A stretch of 64,000 nt of DNA from NCBI GenBank assembly GCA_963752155.1, contig CAVVXH010000017.1:1-64000 (forward strand). The letters are read 5' to 3'. Below the pieces are notes generated by a model. It did no database searches. It was not told the origin of the DNA and worked only from the letters and a program-made list of their open reading frames with translations. The first letter of the stretch is position 1; every line of letters begins with the position of its first letter. The stretch comes from an uncultured Parachlamydiaceae bacterium (GTDB lineage: Bacteria > Chlamydiota > Chlamydiia > Chlamydiales > Parachlamydiaceae). Of the stretch, positions 52,621 to 62,700 are shown piece by piece. Position numbers and translations under genes: made by a program.

Positions 52621-53049
52621 ATGGATTGTCCAATAATATCACCAAAAATAGCAGAGGTCTGGGAAAATAAAATTAATTCAAGGTTAAATATGTTATCTAT
52701 ATCTTCAGTAGATGATTTTTCAAAAACACAAAAAGTTCTTACAAACTTTTTAAAAAATGGGGAAATTCCTGCTGAAGAAGGGACATTAAGAACCCAGATT
52801 TCACTATTGAAAGATGAAATCTTTGACACACATTCTAACGGAGCAAAAGATGAAAGAGAATCGAACTATCTAAAAGATCTCGCAAGAAATCTGATTGCTC
52901 GCAAGATAGATGAAATACAATCTTTAACTCCAAAACAAAAACAACAAATTGTTGAACAAATTGTTGAAGATAGACTAAGAATGATGGCGAGGGTTATGTA
53001 TGATACAAATACAGCAATCATGACAATGTCGCGTGGTATCAAGGGTTGA
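52621..53049 (+). CDS. Hypothetical helical protein
   Basis: RBS gaggt before ATG at 52621; no recognised motif. Confidence 0.55.
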   Translation: MDCPIISPKIAEVWENKINSRLNMLSISSVDDFSKTQKVLTNFLKNGEIPAEEGTLRTQISLLKDEIFDTHSNGAKDERESNYLKDLARNLIARKIDEIQSLTPKQKQQIVEQIVEDRLRMMARVMYDTNTAIMTMSRGIKG

Positions 53050-53152
53050 TGCCATGTAAAAAATGGGACTCTCTATTGACAACAGGCTTGTTACATTCCT
53101 TTCAATTTATGCTAATGTAGAAACCTATTACCTATCCAAATAGACTTTTTGC

Positions 53153-53273
53153 CAGCAATTCGCGCTAATTTTCGTGCCCCGTGTACGTGCCCGAGCCCGA
53201 AAATTAGTAAAATCTACGAAATTTTTTGGGCACGGGCACGCACGCAGGCACGAAAGTTTAGCGAGAATTGCCG
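53153..53273. repeat. Repeat family D, long copy
   Basis: Inverted homologue of 3580-3687. Confidence 0.88.
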
Positions 53274-53392
53274 ACTTTTTGCTTTCTTTCTTTATTCTTT
53301 ATTAGCAATCCGGTATCATCTTAATTCTGGAGAGAATATTTTTTCGTTAATTACGTTTTCCAGAGTATGTGGTCATAGGATGGAGAATAAGC

Positions 53393-54388
53393 ATGTCTGG
53401 AACAACACATCAAGCAAGGATTATTGGAACCGGAGGCTATTTACCGGAAAATATTCTAACGAATCAAGATCTTGAGAAGCTTGTTGCGACGAGCGATGAA
53501 TGGATTTATACTCGCACCGGAATCAAAGAACGTCGAATTGCCAGATCGAATGAATATCCTTCCACTATGGGTGTCATTGCTGCTCGCAAAGCTTTGGCTA
53601 ATGCGATGCTAAAACCTATTGAAGTGGATATCGTCATTGTCGCAACAATGTCTGCAGATTTTCAGTCATCCAGTTCAGCCGCACTTATTCAACATGAAAT
53701 TGGAGCAACTTGTGCCAGTGCATTTGATCTCCAAGCTGCTTGTTCCGGTTTCCTTTATGCTCTTTCAGTAGCAAAAGCTTATATTGAATCAGGGATGTAC
53801 CGCAATGTCTTGGTGATAGCTTCAGAAAAAATGTCAACTTTTGTAGACTATCAAGACCGCAACACATGTGTCTTATTTGGTGATGGGGCTGCAGCCGCAG
53901 TCGTCTCCAATAGAGGGCCCGGCTTGGCGATCACATCTGTCACTTTAGGATCCAATGGAGGGTTAGCAGAATTACTTCTAGTCCCAGCAGGAGGCTCTAG
54001 GCAGCCCACAAGCGCTAATACAGTCACCGAAAGGCAGCATTATATCAAAATGAACGGTAAAGAGCTTTTTAAACAAGCTGTAAGATTGATGACAGCCACT
54101 GCTAAGGAATGTCTGGAACTTGCTGGCATTGAAGAAAAAAATCTTGACTGGGTTGTGCCCCATCAAGCAAATGAGAGAATTATCGATGCCCTTGCAAAGA
54201 ATCTAGAGCTCTCTTCTGAAAAAATTTTTAAAACAGTTCATAAATATGGCAATACCTCTGCATCGAGCATCCCTATCGCTCTGGATGAATTACTGCAACA
54301 GCAGAAACTTGTTCCAAATCAAAACATTCTTCTTCTGGGATTTGGAGCAGGATTGACTTATGGTGCTGTTCTTTTAAAGCAAATTTAA
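53393..54388 (+). CDS. fabH: 3-oxoacyl-ACP synthase III
   Basis: AACSGF, PHQAN, YGNTSASS. Confidence 0.96.
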   Translation: MSGTTHQARIIGTGGYLPENILTNQDLEKLVATSDEWIYTRTGIKERRIARSNEYPSTMGVIAARKALANAMLKPIEVDIVIVATMSADFQSSSSAALIQHEIGATCASAFDLQAACSGFLYALSVAKAYIESGMYRNVLVIASEKMSTFVDYQDRNTCVLFGDGAAAAVVSNRGPGLAITSVTLGSNGGLAELLLVPAGGSRQPTSANTVTERQHYIKMNGKELFKQAVRLMTATAKECLELAGIEEKNLDWVVPHQANERIIDALAKNLELSSEKIFKTVHKYGNTSASSIPIALDELLQQQKLVPNQNILLLGFGAGLTYGAVLLKQI

Positions 54389-54403
54389 TACTCAAGAGTC
54401 GCA

Positions 54404-55354
54404 ATGAACAAACAATCTACGCTTGCATTTCTTTTTCCAGGGCAAGGCGCTCAATATCCAGGAATGGCTAAAGATTTTGCTTTAGCTTATCCGATCGCAC
54501 GTCATACGTTAGAAGAAGCTGATGATCTTTTAGGTCGCAAACTTTCTACTATCATCTTTGAGGGGCCTGAAAATGTGCTGACAGAAACTAAAAATAGCCA
54601 AGTTGCTATTTTTGTTGCCTCAATAGCTATTTTGAGGGTCTTGCAAGAACTCTTTCCTCATGTGATTCCTTCTGTTTGTGCAGGTTTGAGCTTAGGAGAA
54701 TACACCGCGCTTTGTGCTTCCGGAAGATTGAGCTTCAAAGACACCTTGTCCCTTGTGCAATATAGAGGACAATATATGAATGATTCTTGTGAGGAAGTCG
54801 CAGGCACTATGGCTGTGGTGTTAGGACTCGATGGACCCGAGGTCGCCGCAATTGTCAAGGACGTTAATCTACCAAATGATTTATGGGTAGCTAATTACAA
54901 CTGTCCAGGTCAAATAGTGCTTTCTGGCACCATTAAGGGTATTGAAGCGGGTAGTGCTGCCGCAAAAGCCAAAGGAGCAAAACGTGTTCTTCCACTGCAG
55001 GTCCACGGGGCCTTCCATAGTGGACTCATGACGTCGGCAGAAAGACGTTTAAGAGATCCTATTGATGCAGCTCTAATCAAAGAGTCAGCCACAAAATTTG
55101 TGATGAACGTTCCTGGCGACTTTGTTGAAGAAGTTGACACAATTAAAGAAAATCTTGTTAAGCAGGTCACTCATTCTGTCCGTTGGGAACAAGGAATTCG
55201 CAATATGGAAGCGAAAGGGATTTTACACTATGTCGAGATCGGCTGTGGAAGAACTTTAGCTGCACTGAATAAACGAATTGGCGTTAAAGGATTGACAATC
55301 AGTCTTGAAAAAGTCGAAGATTTACGAGAAATTGAACTGTTTTTGGAGAGATAA
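54404..55354 (+). CDS. fabD: Malonyl-CoA:ACP transacylase
   Basis: FPGQGAQ, GLSLGEY, GAFHS. Confidence 0.96.
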   Translation: MNKQSTLAFLFPGQGAQYPGMAKDFALAYPIARHTLEEADDLLGRKLSTIIFEGPENVLTETKNSQVAIFVASIAILRVLQELFPHVIPSVCAGLSLGEYTALCASGRLSFKDTLSLVQYRGQYMNDSCEEVAGTMAVVLGLDGPEVAAIVKDVNLPNDLWVANYNCPGQIVLSGTIKGIEAGSAAAKAKGAKRVLPLQVHGAFHSGLMTSAERRLRDPIDAALIKESATKFVMNVPGDFVEEVDTIKENLVKQVTHSVRWEQGIRNMEAKGILHYVEIGCGRTLAALNKRIGVKGLTISLEKVEDLREIELFLER

Positions 55355-56107
55355 ATGGATAAGCTACTATTGGGTAAGACGGCCATCGTCACTGGTGCTA
55401 CAGCGGGAATTGGAAAGGCGATTGCATTGAAATTTGCTTCTCATGGAGCTAAGGTGATTCTATTTGGAACTCATGTAGAACGAGGGGCTGCAGCAGTCAA
55501 TGAAATTCTAGAGGCAAACCCAGACGGAAGCGCAGAATTCTTTAAGGTGGATGTCTCTAATTATCAAATTGTCCATGACACTTTGGCAGAAATATTAACA
55601 AAATATGGCACCATCGATATCCTTGTGAACAATGCGGGGATTACCAAAGATCAACTCCTCATGCGCATGACAGAAGAAGAATGGGATTCTGTTCTCGACG
55701 TCAATGTAAAATCATGTTATAATCTCTGTCATGCTCTAGTGCGTCCGATGATGAAAGCCAAAAAAGGTAAAATTATCAATATGAGTTCTGTTGTAGGAAT
55801 TACAGGAAATATGGGTCAAACAAACTACGCAGCTTCTAAAGCAGCAGTAATAGGTTTTACTAAAGCCTTAGCAAAGGAACTAGGATCTCGAAAGATTCAA
55901 GTCAATTGCTTGGCGCCCGGTTACATAGTCACTGCAATGACAGAAGCTTTACCCGAGCCCGTGAAAGCAGCAGTGCTTAACAACATTCCTCTAGGTCATT
56001 TCGGAACCACCGAAGATGTCGCCAATGCAGCTCTTTTCTTAGCAAGCAGTTGGTCTGATTACATCACTGGTGAAGTCATTTCCATCGATGGTGGAATGTC
56101 CATGTAA
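55355..56107 (+). CDS. fabG: 3-oxoacyl-ACP reductase
   Basis: TGATAGIG, NNAGITKD, YAASK. Confidence 0.96.
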   Translation: MDKLLLGKTAIVTGATAGIGKAIALKFASHGAKVILFGTHVERGAAAVNEILEANPDGSAEFFKVDVSNYQIVHDTLAEILTKYGTIDILVNNAGITKDQLLMRMTEEEWDSVLDVNVKSCYNLCHALVRPMMKAKKGKIINMSSVVGITGNMGQTNYAASKAAVIGFTKALAKELGSRKIQVNCLAPGYIVTAMTEALPEPVKAAVLNNIPLGHFGTTEDVANAALFLASSWSDYITGEVISIDGGMSM

Positions 56108-56149
56108 TTATCAAAAATATCAAGAAGTAAGCAACAAAAGGATTGTATT

Positions 56150-56389
56150 ATGTCAGTAGAACAAGAAGTGATCAACATTGTCGTAGAACAGTTGGGAGTT
56201 AATCGTGAAGATGTTTCTCTTTCTAAGTCATTTGTAGAAGATCTAAATGCCGATTCGTTGGACCTAACTGAACTCATTATGACTTTTGAAGAACATTTTT
56301 CTTGCGATATCGCGGAAAATGAAGCGGAAAAGCTGAGAACAGTAGGTGATGTTGTTAAGTATATCGAAGCAAATGCAAAAGCTCGGTAA
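56150..56389 (+). CDS. acpP: Acyl carrier protein
   Basis: DLNADSLD. Confidence 0.96.
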   Translation: MSVEQEVINIVVEQLGVNREDVSLSKSFVEDLNADSLDLTELIMTFEEHFSCDIAENEAEKLRTVGDVVKYIEANAKAR

Positions 56390-56409
56390 TTCTTAAGGTA
56401 CTTTTTAAA

Positions 56410-56513
56410 GCGCCTTGCCATTGGTGCCTGACCTGATATTCTGACATTTGCCTAAACTACACCATTGCCTCCCAAAGGGCAAATGTCAGAATGTCAGGTC
56501 TGGAACCAAGGCT
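56410..56513. repeat. Repeat family A copy
   Basis: Matches 11865-11968. Confidence 0.9.
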
Positions 56514-56605
56514 AGAACGCATCTATCTATAGCTTGCATATTATTATTTGGACAGACATTTCCTAAGTTTAAAACTTGTGGACCTACTGCAAGAGTACTT
56601 GACAT
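56486..56605 (-). pseudogene. Truncated paralogue of the start of the 1399-aa GTPase gene
   Basis: MSSTLAVGPQVLNLGNVCP versus MSSILAAGPQVLNLDNVRP; runs into repeat A and stops after 39 aa. Confidence 0.75.
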
Positions 56606-56706
56606 GACATAATCCTCTATAGTAAAAATATCTTTATTCTCTTAATTTGTTCCTTCAGCAGTATCATATTCATTTAGAAATTGTATACGAGCTTAACCGG
56701 CAAATG

Positions 56707-57681
56707 TTAAACTTTTATGTTCACAGGGATTTGATTCTCTATCAAAACATCCTGCAAGCATCTGATTTTAAATCCTATCGGATATCCACTGTTGGGATCG
56801 GAAATCAAAGCTTCTTTCCAATTATTATAAACGTTCCACAAGTTGACCTCTTCCACTTTGTGGTTTAATTTTGGTATGGCACCTTGACTGACAAAAGAAA
56901 TTGTCGCAAGAGAGGTAATCCACTTTTTATCAACACCATCCGGCGGCAGCTGCCCAGATACAGTTATCTCTTTGCCTAAGCCTAAAAATACTCCTCCTAA
57001 TACCGCTTCACATAAGACATAGTGTTTGTCTGATTTACTGATGAGATCCGTACTCAAACGGGTATTTGGCCTGATAATCAAAGGTTCAATGATCTTGACG
57101 CGCTCTAACCAAATAAATGATCCAATCAAAGCAACGGAGGTATTTGTTGTGCTCAGCATGTGTTCGATATTCTTAGCCATTGCAGCCAAAGCCCCGGAAG
57201 GGAGAATTGTTGAAGGTGCATCATGAAGGAATAGCTGGTTGACAAATGATTGAATTCGACTTAGCACGTGGTCTTTACTTGTGAATACGAGGTGATCCAT
57301 CCTCTCAGCTTTGAAGGAGCGATTTTCGTTCCGCAGCTTCACATTGTTCTCATCTAAGGGCAATGCCTCTGACACGATATTAAAATTGGCATCTTCCTCT
57401 ATTAATTTGTTGATGATTAAGCATACTTCGCCAAGTTGTCTTTTTGCCCTAATAATTTTTGCCGCGTAATTAGAGACGATCTGTTGTTTAGCTTCGCCAT
57501 CCAACGATTTGTGCTTTTCAGAATCCATCTCGTTATTTTTTTCTTCTACAAGCTTTTCGACCTCCTCCTCAAGTCTGTCACGCTTTTTTTCATAAAGCGG
57601 CAGCAAAAGATCGGATTCTGAAATAATGCCCCCGAGTGCATACCCGGGGTGCATGGGCAAGATGTCGCTTGAACTCATCAT
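56707..57681 (-). CDS. Small MACPF/CDC-like protein (putative)
   Basis: HYVLCEAVLGG, SQGAIP, GYPIGF; colinear with the 632-aa neighbour. Confidence 0.55.
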   Translation of the reverse strand: MMSSSDILPMHPGYALGGIISESDLLLPLYEKKRDRLEEEVEKLVEEKNNEMDSEKHKSLDGEAKQQIVSNYAAKIIRAKRQLGEVCLIINKLIEEDANFNIVSEALPLDENNVKLRNENRSFKAERMDHLVFTSKDHVLSRIQSFVNQLFLHDAPSTILPSGALAAMAKNIEHMLSTTNTSVALIGSFIWLERVKIIEPLIIRPNTRLSTDLISKSDKHYVLCEAVLGGVFLGLGKEITVSGQLPPDGVDKKWITSLATISFVSQGAIPKLNHKVEEVNLWNVYNNWKEALISDPNSGYPIGFKIRCLQDVLIENQIPVNIKV

Positions 57682-59576
57682 TGGGGCACCTCTTGTTTGG
57701 ACTTGTTCTCCTCAAGGATTCTCTTGATTTCGCTTTGGGTGAGAACTTGATAGTAAAATCCCATAGGAACGCCGCATTCTTTATCTTGAGTCATTTGCTC
57801 TGCGAAATTTTCATAGGCCCCCATGACACTTTCCATTGTGTGCAAATTAGCTTTTTCCTTCTCGGATGTCAACCCGCGATAGGTATTCAAAAAGGCGACT
57901 TGAGCATTCTGCAACTTCATTGTACTCTTTACCATAGCAATTTCCTTAGCCTTACCTTCAGCCTTGATCATCTGTTCTGCATCTGCAGAATCCTGCTGGC
58001 TCAATTCAAATTTTGATGGATTAAGATCTAAATGCTTAAACACTTCTCTTTCAATCACGTTTCTTTCAAAAGTAGGCAAAGCTCCTTGAGAGATAAACTC
58101 TATCCTGACCCGCGTTTGGGCAATGCTTCTCAACACATCATCTTCCTCTTTAGAAGCGCTGGCGCTGGCGTTAGCGTATTGGGCACGAGCTCTGATGGAC
58201 CAAAAGCCCCCCCCTGCTGAAACGGATGTCGATTGACTTTTCTGAGTTTGCTGATCAACCATGTCTCTCCTCATCTTGCTGGAATCCAAAAAGGTGACTA
58301 ATGCAGTAAAAGAACCGCCCAAAACAGCTTCTGTTAGAAGATAGATAACCTTTTCCTTATCTTTAGAAGAGGGATCCTGAGCATCAGGAACAGTAATCCC
58401 ATATCGCTCGAGCTCATGTGCATTTGCTTCTTCCATGACTGTGAAAATTTGTCTGAGTTTCTTCATATCATACTTGATCTCTTTGAAGCAGCGCACATGA
58501 CGTGTCGTCGCCACAGCATTAATGACTAAAACCCCTTCAACCGAACTCTCTTTTTGAATGTTGGCCACACGGCGAGCAACTGCTTCTGCCCTTGCATGGT
58601 TAACCCCTGCGGTCCAAATCCCCCAGCCTCCACTTGCTGAATAGCTGCTGGTACTCGCAGACTCCGTGATTCGGTTATGAACCTCAGAGTTTTTTTCTTC
58701 TTTGTTGATATATTGCGAGTTAAAAGTGAGACTATCAAAACTTCTAGGCTGAATTTCTATTGGAGATGCACCCATGTCGATAGGAGAAACGATTCCTTGC
58801 TGGAATCCTTCGAATACCGGAAGGGCTTCATTGGTGTTCTTCTCTAACTCCTCACCAATCTTACTAATAAATTGAGAAAGGGCAATGATTTCTTTATACC
58901 AAAGATTCACAAGAATATCAGGATGGAATTGTTGATCGAGTTTTATATTTCCAAATGAAGTAATTTTTTGCGAAGGAAGTGGATCTAGTTTTTTTTGTTC
59001 TATTCTAGAACTAATTTTCGTTTCCAACGCTTCGATTCTCTGCTCGGACCCGCGAAGTTGCTCTTCAAACGCCTCTTTTTTAGCCATCGCATTGGCATAT
59101 TTCTCCATCTTATCAATGATCGTTCCCCTGACAATCGAGCCCATCGCAAGGCCCGGCTGAAAAGGAAGGGCCGCCTTTACACCCCCCTTTGCTGAATGAT
59201 GAACAACGATTCTGTTATTCATCCCATTGACTCCTTTTTCTAGAATCAAATGCGTGTCGATGAAATAAGATAAAAGATGATGAAAGTCTCTCTCTTTTGA
59301 TAGTAAAGGATGCAAACCCACCAAGGGTAACTTTTTTTCGGTCCGGACGCTCTCTCCGCTAGAAGCAAGATGATGCACACGTGCAGAAAATCCTTTTGTT
59401 GGATGCAACCACACTTCGATCCTTTTGTATTTCAAAAGATCGGTATAACACCATACACATTCACTTTGCTTTTTCAGGGCAGTCATCTCTAATGATGCCT
59501 GAAATGCCAATGGAATACCTAAGACATCATGTGTAATGGGATAAGAACACACCCCTGGAAGTGACGTAATGTTCAT
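57678..59576 (-). CDS. Large MACPF/CDC-like protein (putative)
   Basis: YLLTEAVLGG, SQGALP, GVPMGF and two Ser/Gly-rich segments. Confidence 0.6.
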   Translation of the reverse strand: MNITSLPGVCSYPITHDVLGIPLAFQASLEMTALKKQSECVWCYTDLLKYKRIEVWLHPTKGFSARVHHLASSGESVRTEKKLPLVGLHPLLSKERDFHHLLSYFIDTHLILEKGVNGMNNRIVVHHSAKGGVKAALPFQPGLAMGSIVRGTIIDKMEKYANAMAKKEAFEEQLRGSEQRIEALETKISSRIEQKKLDPLPSQKITSFGNIKLDQQFHPDILVNLWYKEIIALSQFISKIGEELEKNTNEALPVFEGFQQGIVSPIDMGASPIEIQPRSFDSLTFNSQYINKEEKNSEVHNRITESASTSSYSASGGWGIWTAGVNHARAEAVARRVANIQKESSVEGVLVINAVATTRHVRCFKEIKYDMKKLRQIFTVMEEANAHELERYGITVPDAQDPSSKDKEKVIYLLTEAVLGGSFTALVTFLDSSKMRRDMVDQQTQKSQSTSVSAGGGFWSIRARAQYANASASASKEEDDVLRSIAQTRVRIEFISQGALPTFERNVIEREVFKHLDLNPSKFELSQQDSADAEQMIKAEGKAKEIAMVKSTMKLQNAQVAFLNTYRGLTSEKEKANLHTMESVMGAYENFAEQMTQDKECGVPMGFYYQVLTQSEIKRILEENKSKQEVPQ

Positions 59577-59724
59577 ATAGTTTTCCTTTTCTTTATTTAA
59601 AACTTGTTTAAAAATTGTGAAAATCTCCAGACGAACGATAGGGGCCCCACGAAAGTACTGGACATGATATCCTCCTTTAGTTAGATTTCTCTACTTTCTT
59701 TATTTGCTCGTTTAACATTATCGT

Positions 59725-62700
59725 TCAGAAATCGTATTCAAACTTGATTTGAGTGAGCAAAGTGGCCTTATTGTCGTCAAACAGTTCCTTAAATTCCTTA
59801 CAACTTACCTGTGTCTGATTCATTGCCGTAAACTCCTCGGTATTTTCCCCCATCACAAGATCAGCAAATTGCCTCAATAATTTAGCACTTTCCCATTGGG
59901 TATAAATAATAATTGCTAGATACTTCAATTGTTTCTTGAAGGCATCAATTCTTATTTGATCAGTCAAAATGCCTTGCTCTGTTTTTGCAATCTCATCATC
60001 TATCTGCTGAGTATCCTCCAGTTTTGCTTTATCGTCTTTCGCCTGTTTCAAATACTTCTGGGTTTGAATCAAAAGGTCCGCTGCTTGCTCGCGCGCATGT
60101 GTATCCTCTAAATCCTGAATCTTTGTTAAGTGATCCTTGATTGCAAGCTCCACATCTTGAATTTCAGCTTCTATCGTTTGTTTGCGATTTTGAGCCCCTG
60201 TGATAGTGTCTCCACCAGTCAGTTGTTTATTCAATGTGATCAATTCGTTTTCAAGCAAGCCAATTTCAGACTCTTTGTTAACGATGGTGGCATAATGATA
60301 CTCATGATTGGGGATCGTATGGGTAATTTCAATCCAGGGTAGGGGCTCAGCTCCTATCCAATCGAGCTCGTAGCCATAGGAAACTTTTTTGCCATCCGGC
60401 ATAGCCGTGCAGGCAATGTCAATACGGTATCTTAAACCATCGACTTTGGCAATATAGCCTCCTCCTTGCCCTGAAATGCTAAATACCTGCCTCTGTTCAT
60501 CATTGGAAGGAACTAAACGATAGCCTCTTTGAATAATGGCTATAGGTGACGTCTTTCCCCTGTAAGCTCCAGCTGTACCATTGTAGGCTACCCCCCCTGA
60601 ATCTGCAGCTTGAATTTCCACACGTTTTGCTGCATTACTACGAGCCTCCTCCGATGTCCAATAGGTTAAATAAAGATTGTCGTTCGGATTCATCTTATCG
60701 GTCCAAAGCTTCGTGACTTTATCCCCTGTCTTTAGTGGAGCGATAATGGCTTTCAATTCGGTTATCTTCTTTTGAGTCTTCGTGATGTCTGTCTCAAGAC
60801 CTTTGATTTCCCCTTCTACATCTTGCAGATTTTGATTTTTTTTCTTCAGTTTCTTCCGCACAGCATTTAAAGACCCTTTTTCGTTTTCCAATTTATCATT
60901 TGCATGTTGTGTGGCTTGGGCCAACAATTCTTGACGAAGGATGGGGTCCTGAACATTTTTTTCATTGTCCTCAAGTAGTTTTGCAAACCCCTCCAATTCT
61001 TCAATTTCCTCTGCTAAATTCCTTGCCAGATCCAGCTTTTGTTCCTTATCTTTGCCTAATTCCTCAATCCTCTCCCGTTTTCTTGCCTGTTCCTGCTCTA
61101 CTATTTTAATGGAGCTGGGGAGAGTTTGCAGGTATTGCCCGAAAATGTGATGCGTCCATGTGTGAGCTGACATCTGGACAGTATCTCCAAATTTCTGTTG
61201 CATATCTTTACCCGACATGGCCGGAAGATACTGCCCTTTATCTAGAGTAGGAACGCTTTTAGAATATTTTTCTAACAGCTCCGCTCTTTGCTCCTCATCT
61301 TTTGTATCAATGAAATCAATCTGCTTATTGATATGCATTTGATGGAGAGCTCTCCAGACATTTTGCCTTCTCTTAATAGCAGTGACTCCAAAGCTATCTG
61401 ACTCAGATCCCCTCTGGATTAAGTCATCAATTTGTGCTTGCGATTCCTTGACCAGCTCTAAAAAACGCATGCCGTTTTTCAACATTTTCACAACTTCGCT
61501 TTGAGCTTGGTTCTGTTTTGTCACCAATAAATAGACACGCGCATTATTCCCTGGTTGGGAGGCGTCTAAAGTTTTAGGAAACCTCTGCTGCACAGTATTG
61601 AGCAATTCCATCACAATGTTCCCTCTGTCAACCAGAAAAGCGTTTGCAGGCAGCACAATGACAATTGAATGAATGCCTTTAGCTTTTCTGATCGACTGAT
61701 CGATGCTTAGATTGGTGCACAATTCATAATCCCCTCCTCTTGTGTCATTAAATCCAGGACAATCGCCTAGCATGGATTCGATTTCTGGAATTTTGAATCC
61801 TTGCGTATAAATCGTTTCTGAGGTTCCAATGGATTGCCCGATCTTAGGATAAATCTCATGCCCTTCAGCTACGCGCACCACCTTTTCACCCACCTGGTTA
61901 GAAAATTCTTCCAAAGGGGCGCCCATCAAGAAGGAAATGGATGTGCTTTTCCCGGAGCCTGTATTTCCCATCATGAGAATCAAATTGTTATTTTCAATGT
62001 TATTAATATGTACATACGCATCCTTTAACAATTCCATGGTTCGTGCAATGACAACATTATCTTGTTTATTTACAAAGAGAATGTAATTGGCTTCTAGGAC
62101 AATTTGCTTGAGGATATCTTCTGAAGACCGATCAATCCTCAAGTCCTCAAAGTACTTTTTAGAGAGCTCTTTGATCCGATTAGCCAAATCTGGATCCTCC
62201 ATCATCACAAGATGAAGGGCAAGTTTATCGAGTTTATTTCCCGACAGTTCATCAAGAAGCTTCTCAAGCAACACTCGATTTTTTTCCTTGAGAAATTCCG
62301 AACGGATCTCATTTAGACATTTTTTTATTTGCTCTAATCGCATCAATCTGAGCTTATCTTCATTCGGTTCATCTTTAATGACTAATAAGTCATCGGCATT
62401 CGCTTCATTAATCTCTATAAGAGATTGAGTCTCTTTTTTTACTGCTATATGAGCCCTTTCGAAAGTAGAGAGCCCCTCGTCTGCTACCGTTATTGAATAA
62501 TCCTTGGCCAAAGGATCCCAAGATTGGAGGCGAATTTGGTAGATTTCACGTTTAATAATTTCGCCCTGCACCCGGTACTTCTTTTCAGTTGTATTGGGGT
62601 CAACCAATTCGAATTGAAAATAATCATTTTTGAATAACGATCCCATGAAACCGGCTTTGACAATTTTCGGTTGAAACAGCTTATATTGTCCTTGCTGAAT

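Noticed and set aside
53149..53475. 108-aa ORF upstream of fabH
   Set aside because: Largely a translation of a family D repeat and overlaps fabH
57678..59576. Gasdermin identity based on a YLLTE strand
   Set aside because: The following LGG and the GVP.GF strand fit MACPF/CDC better and no adjacent protease is seen; not excluded without structure prediction
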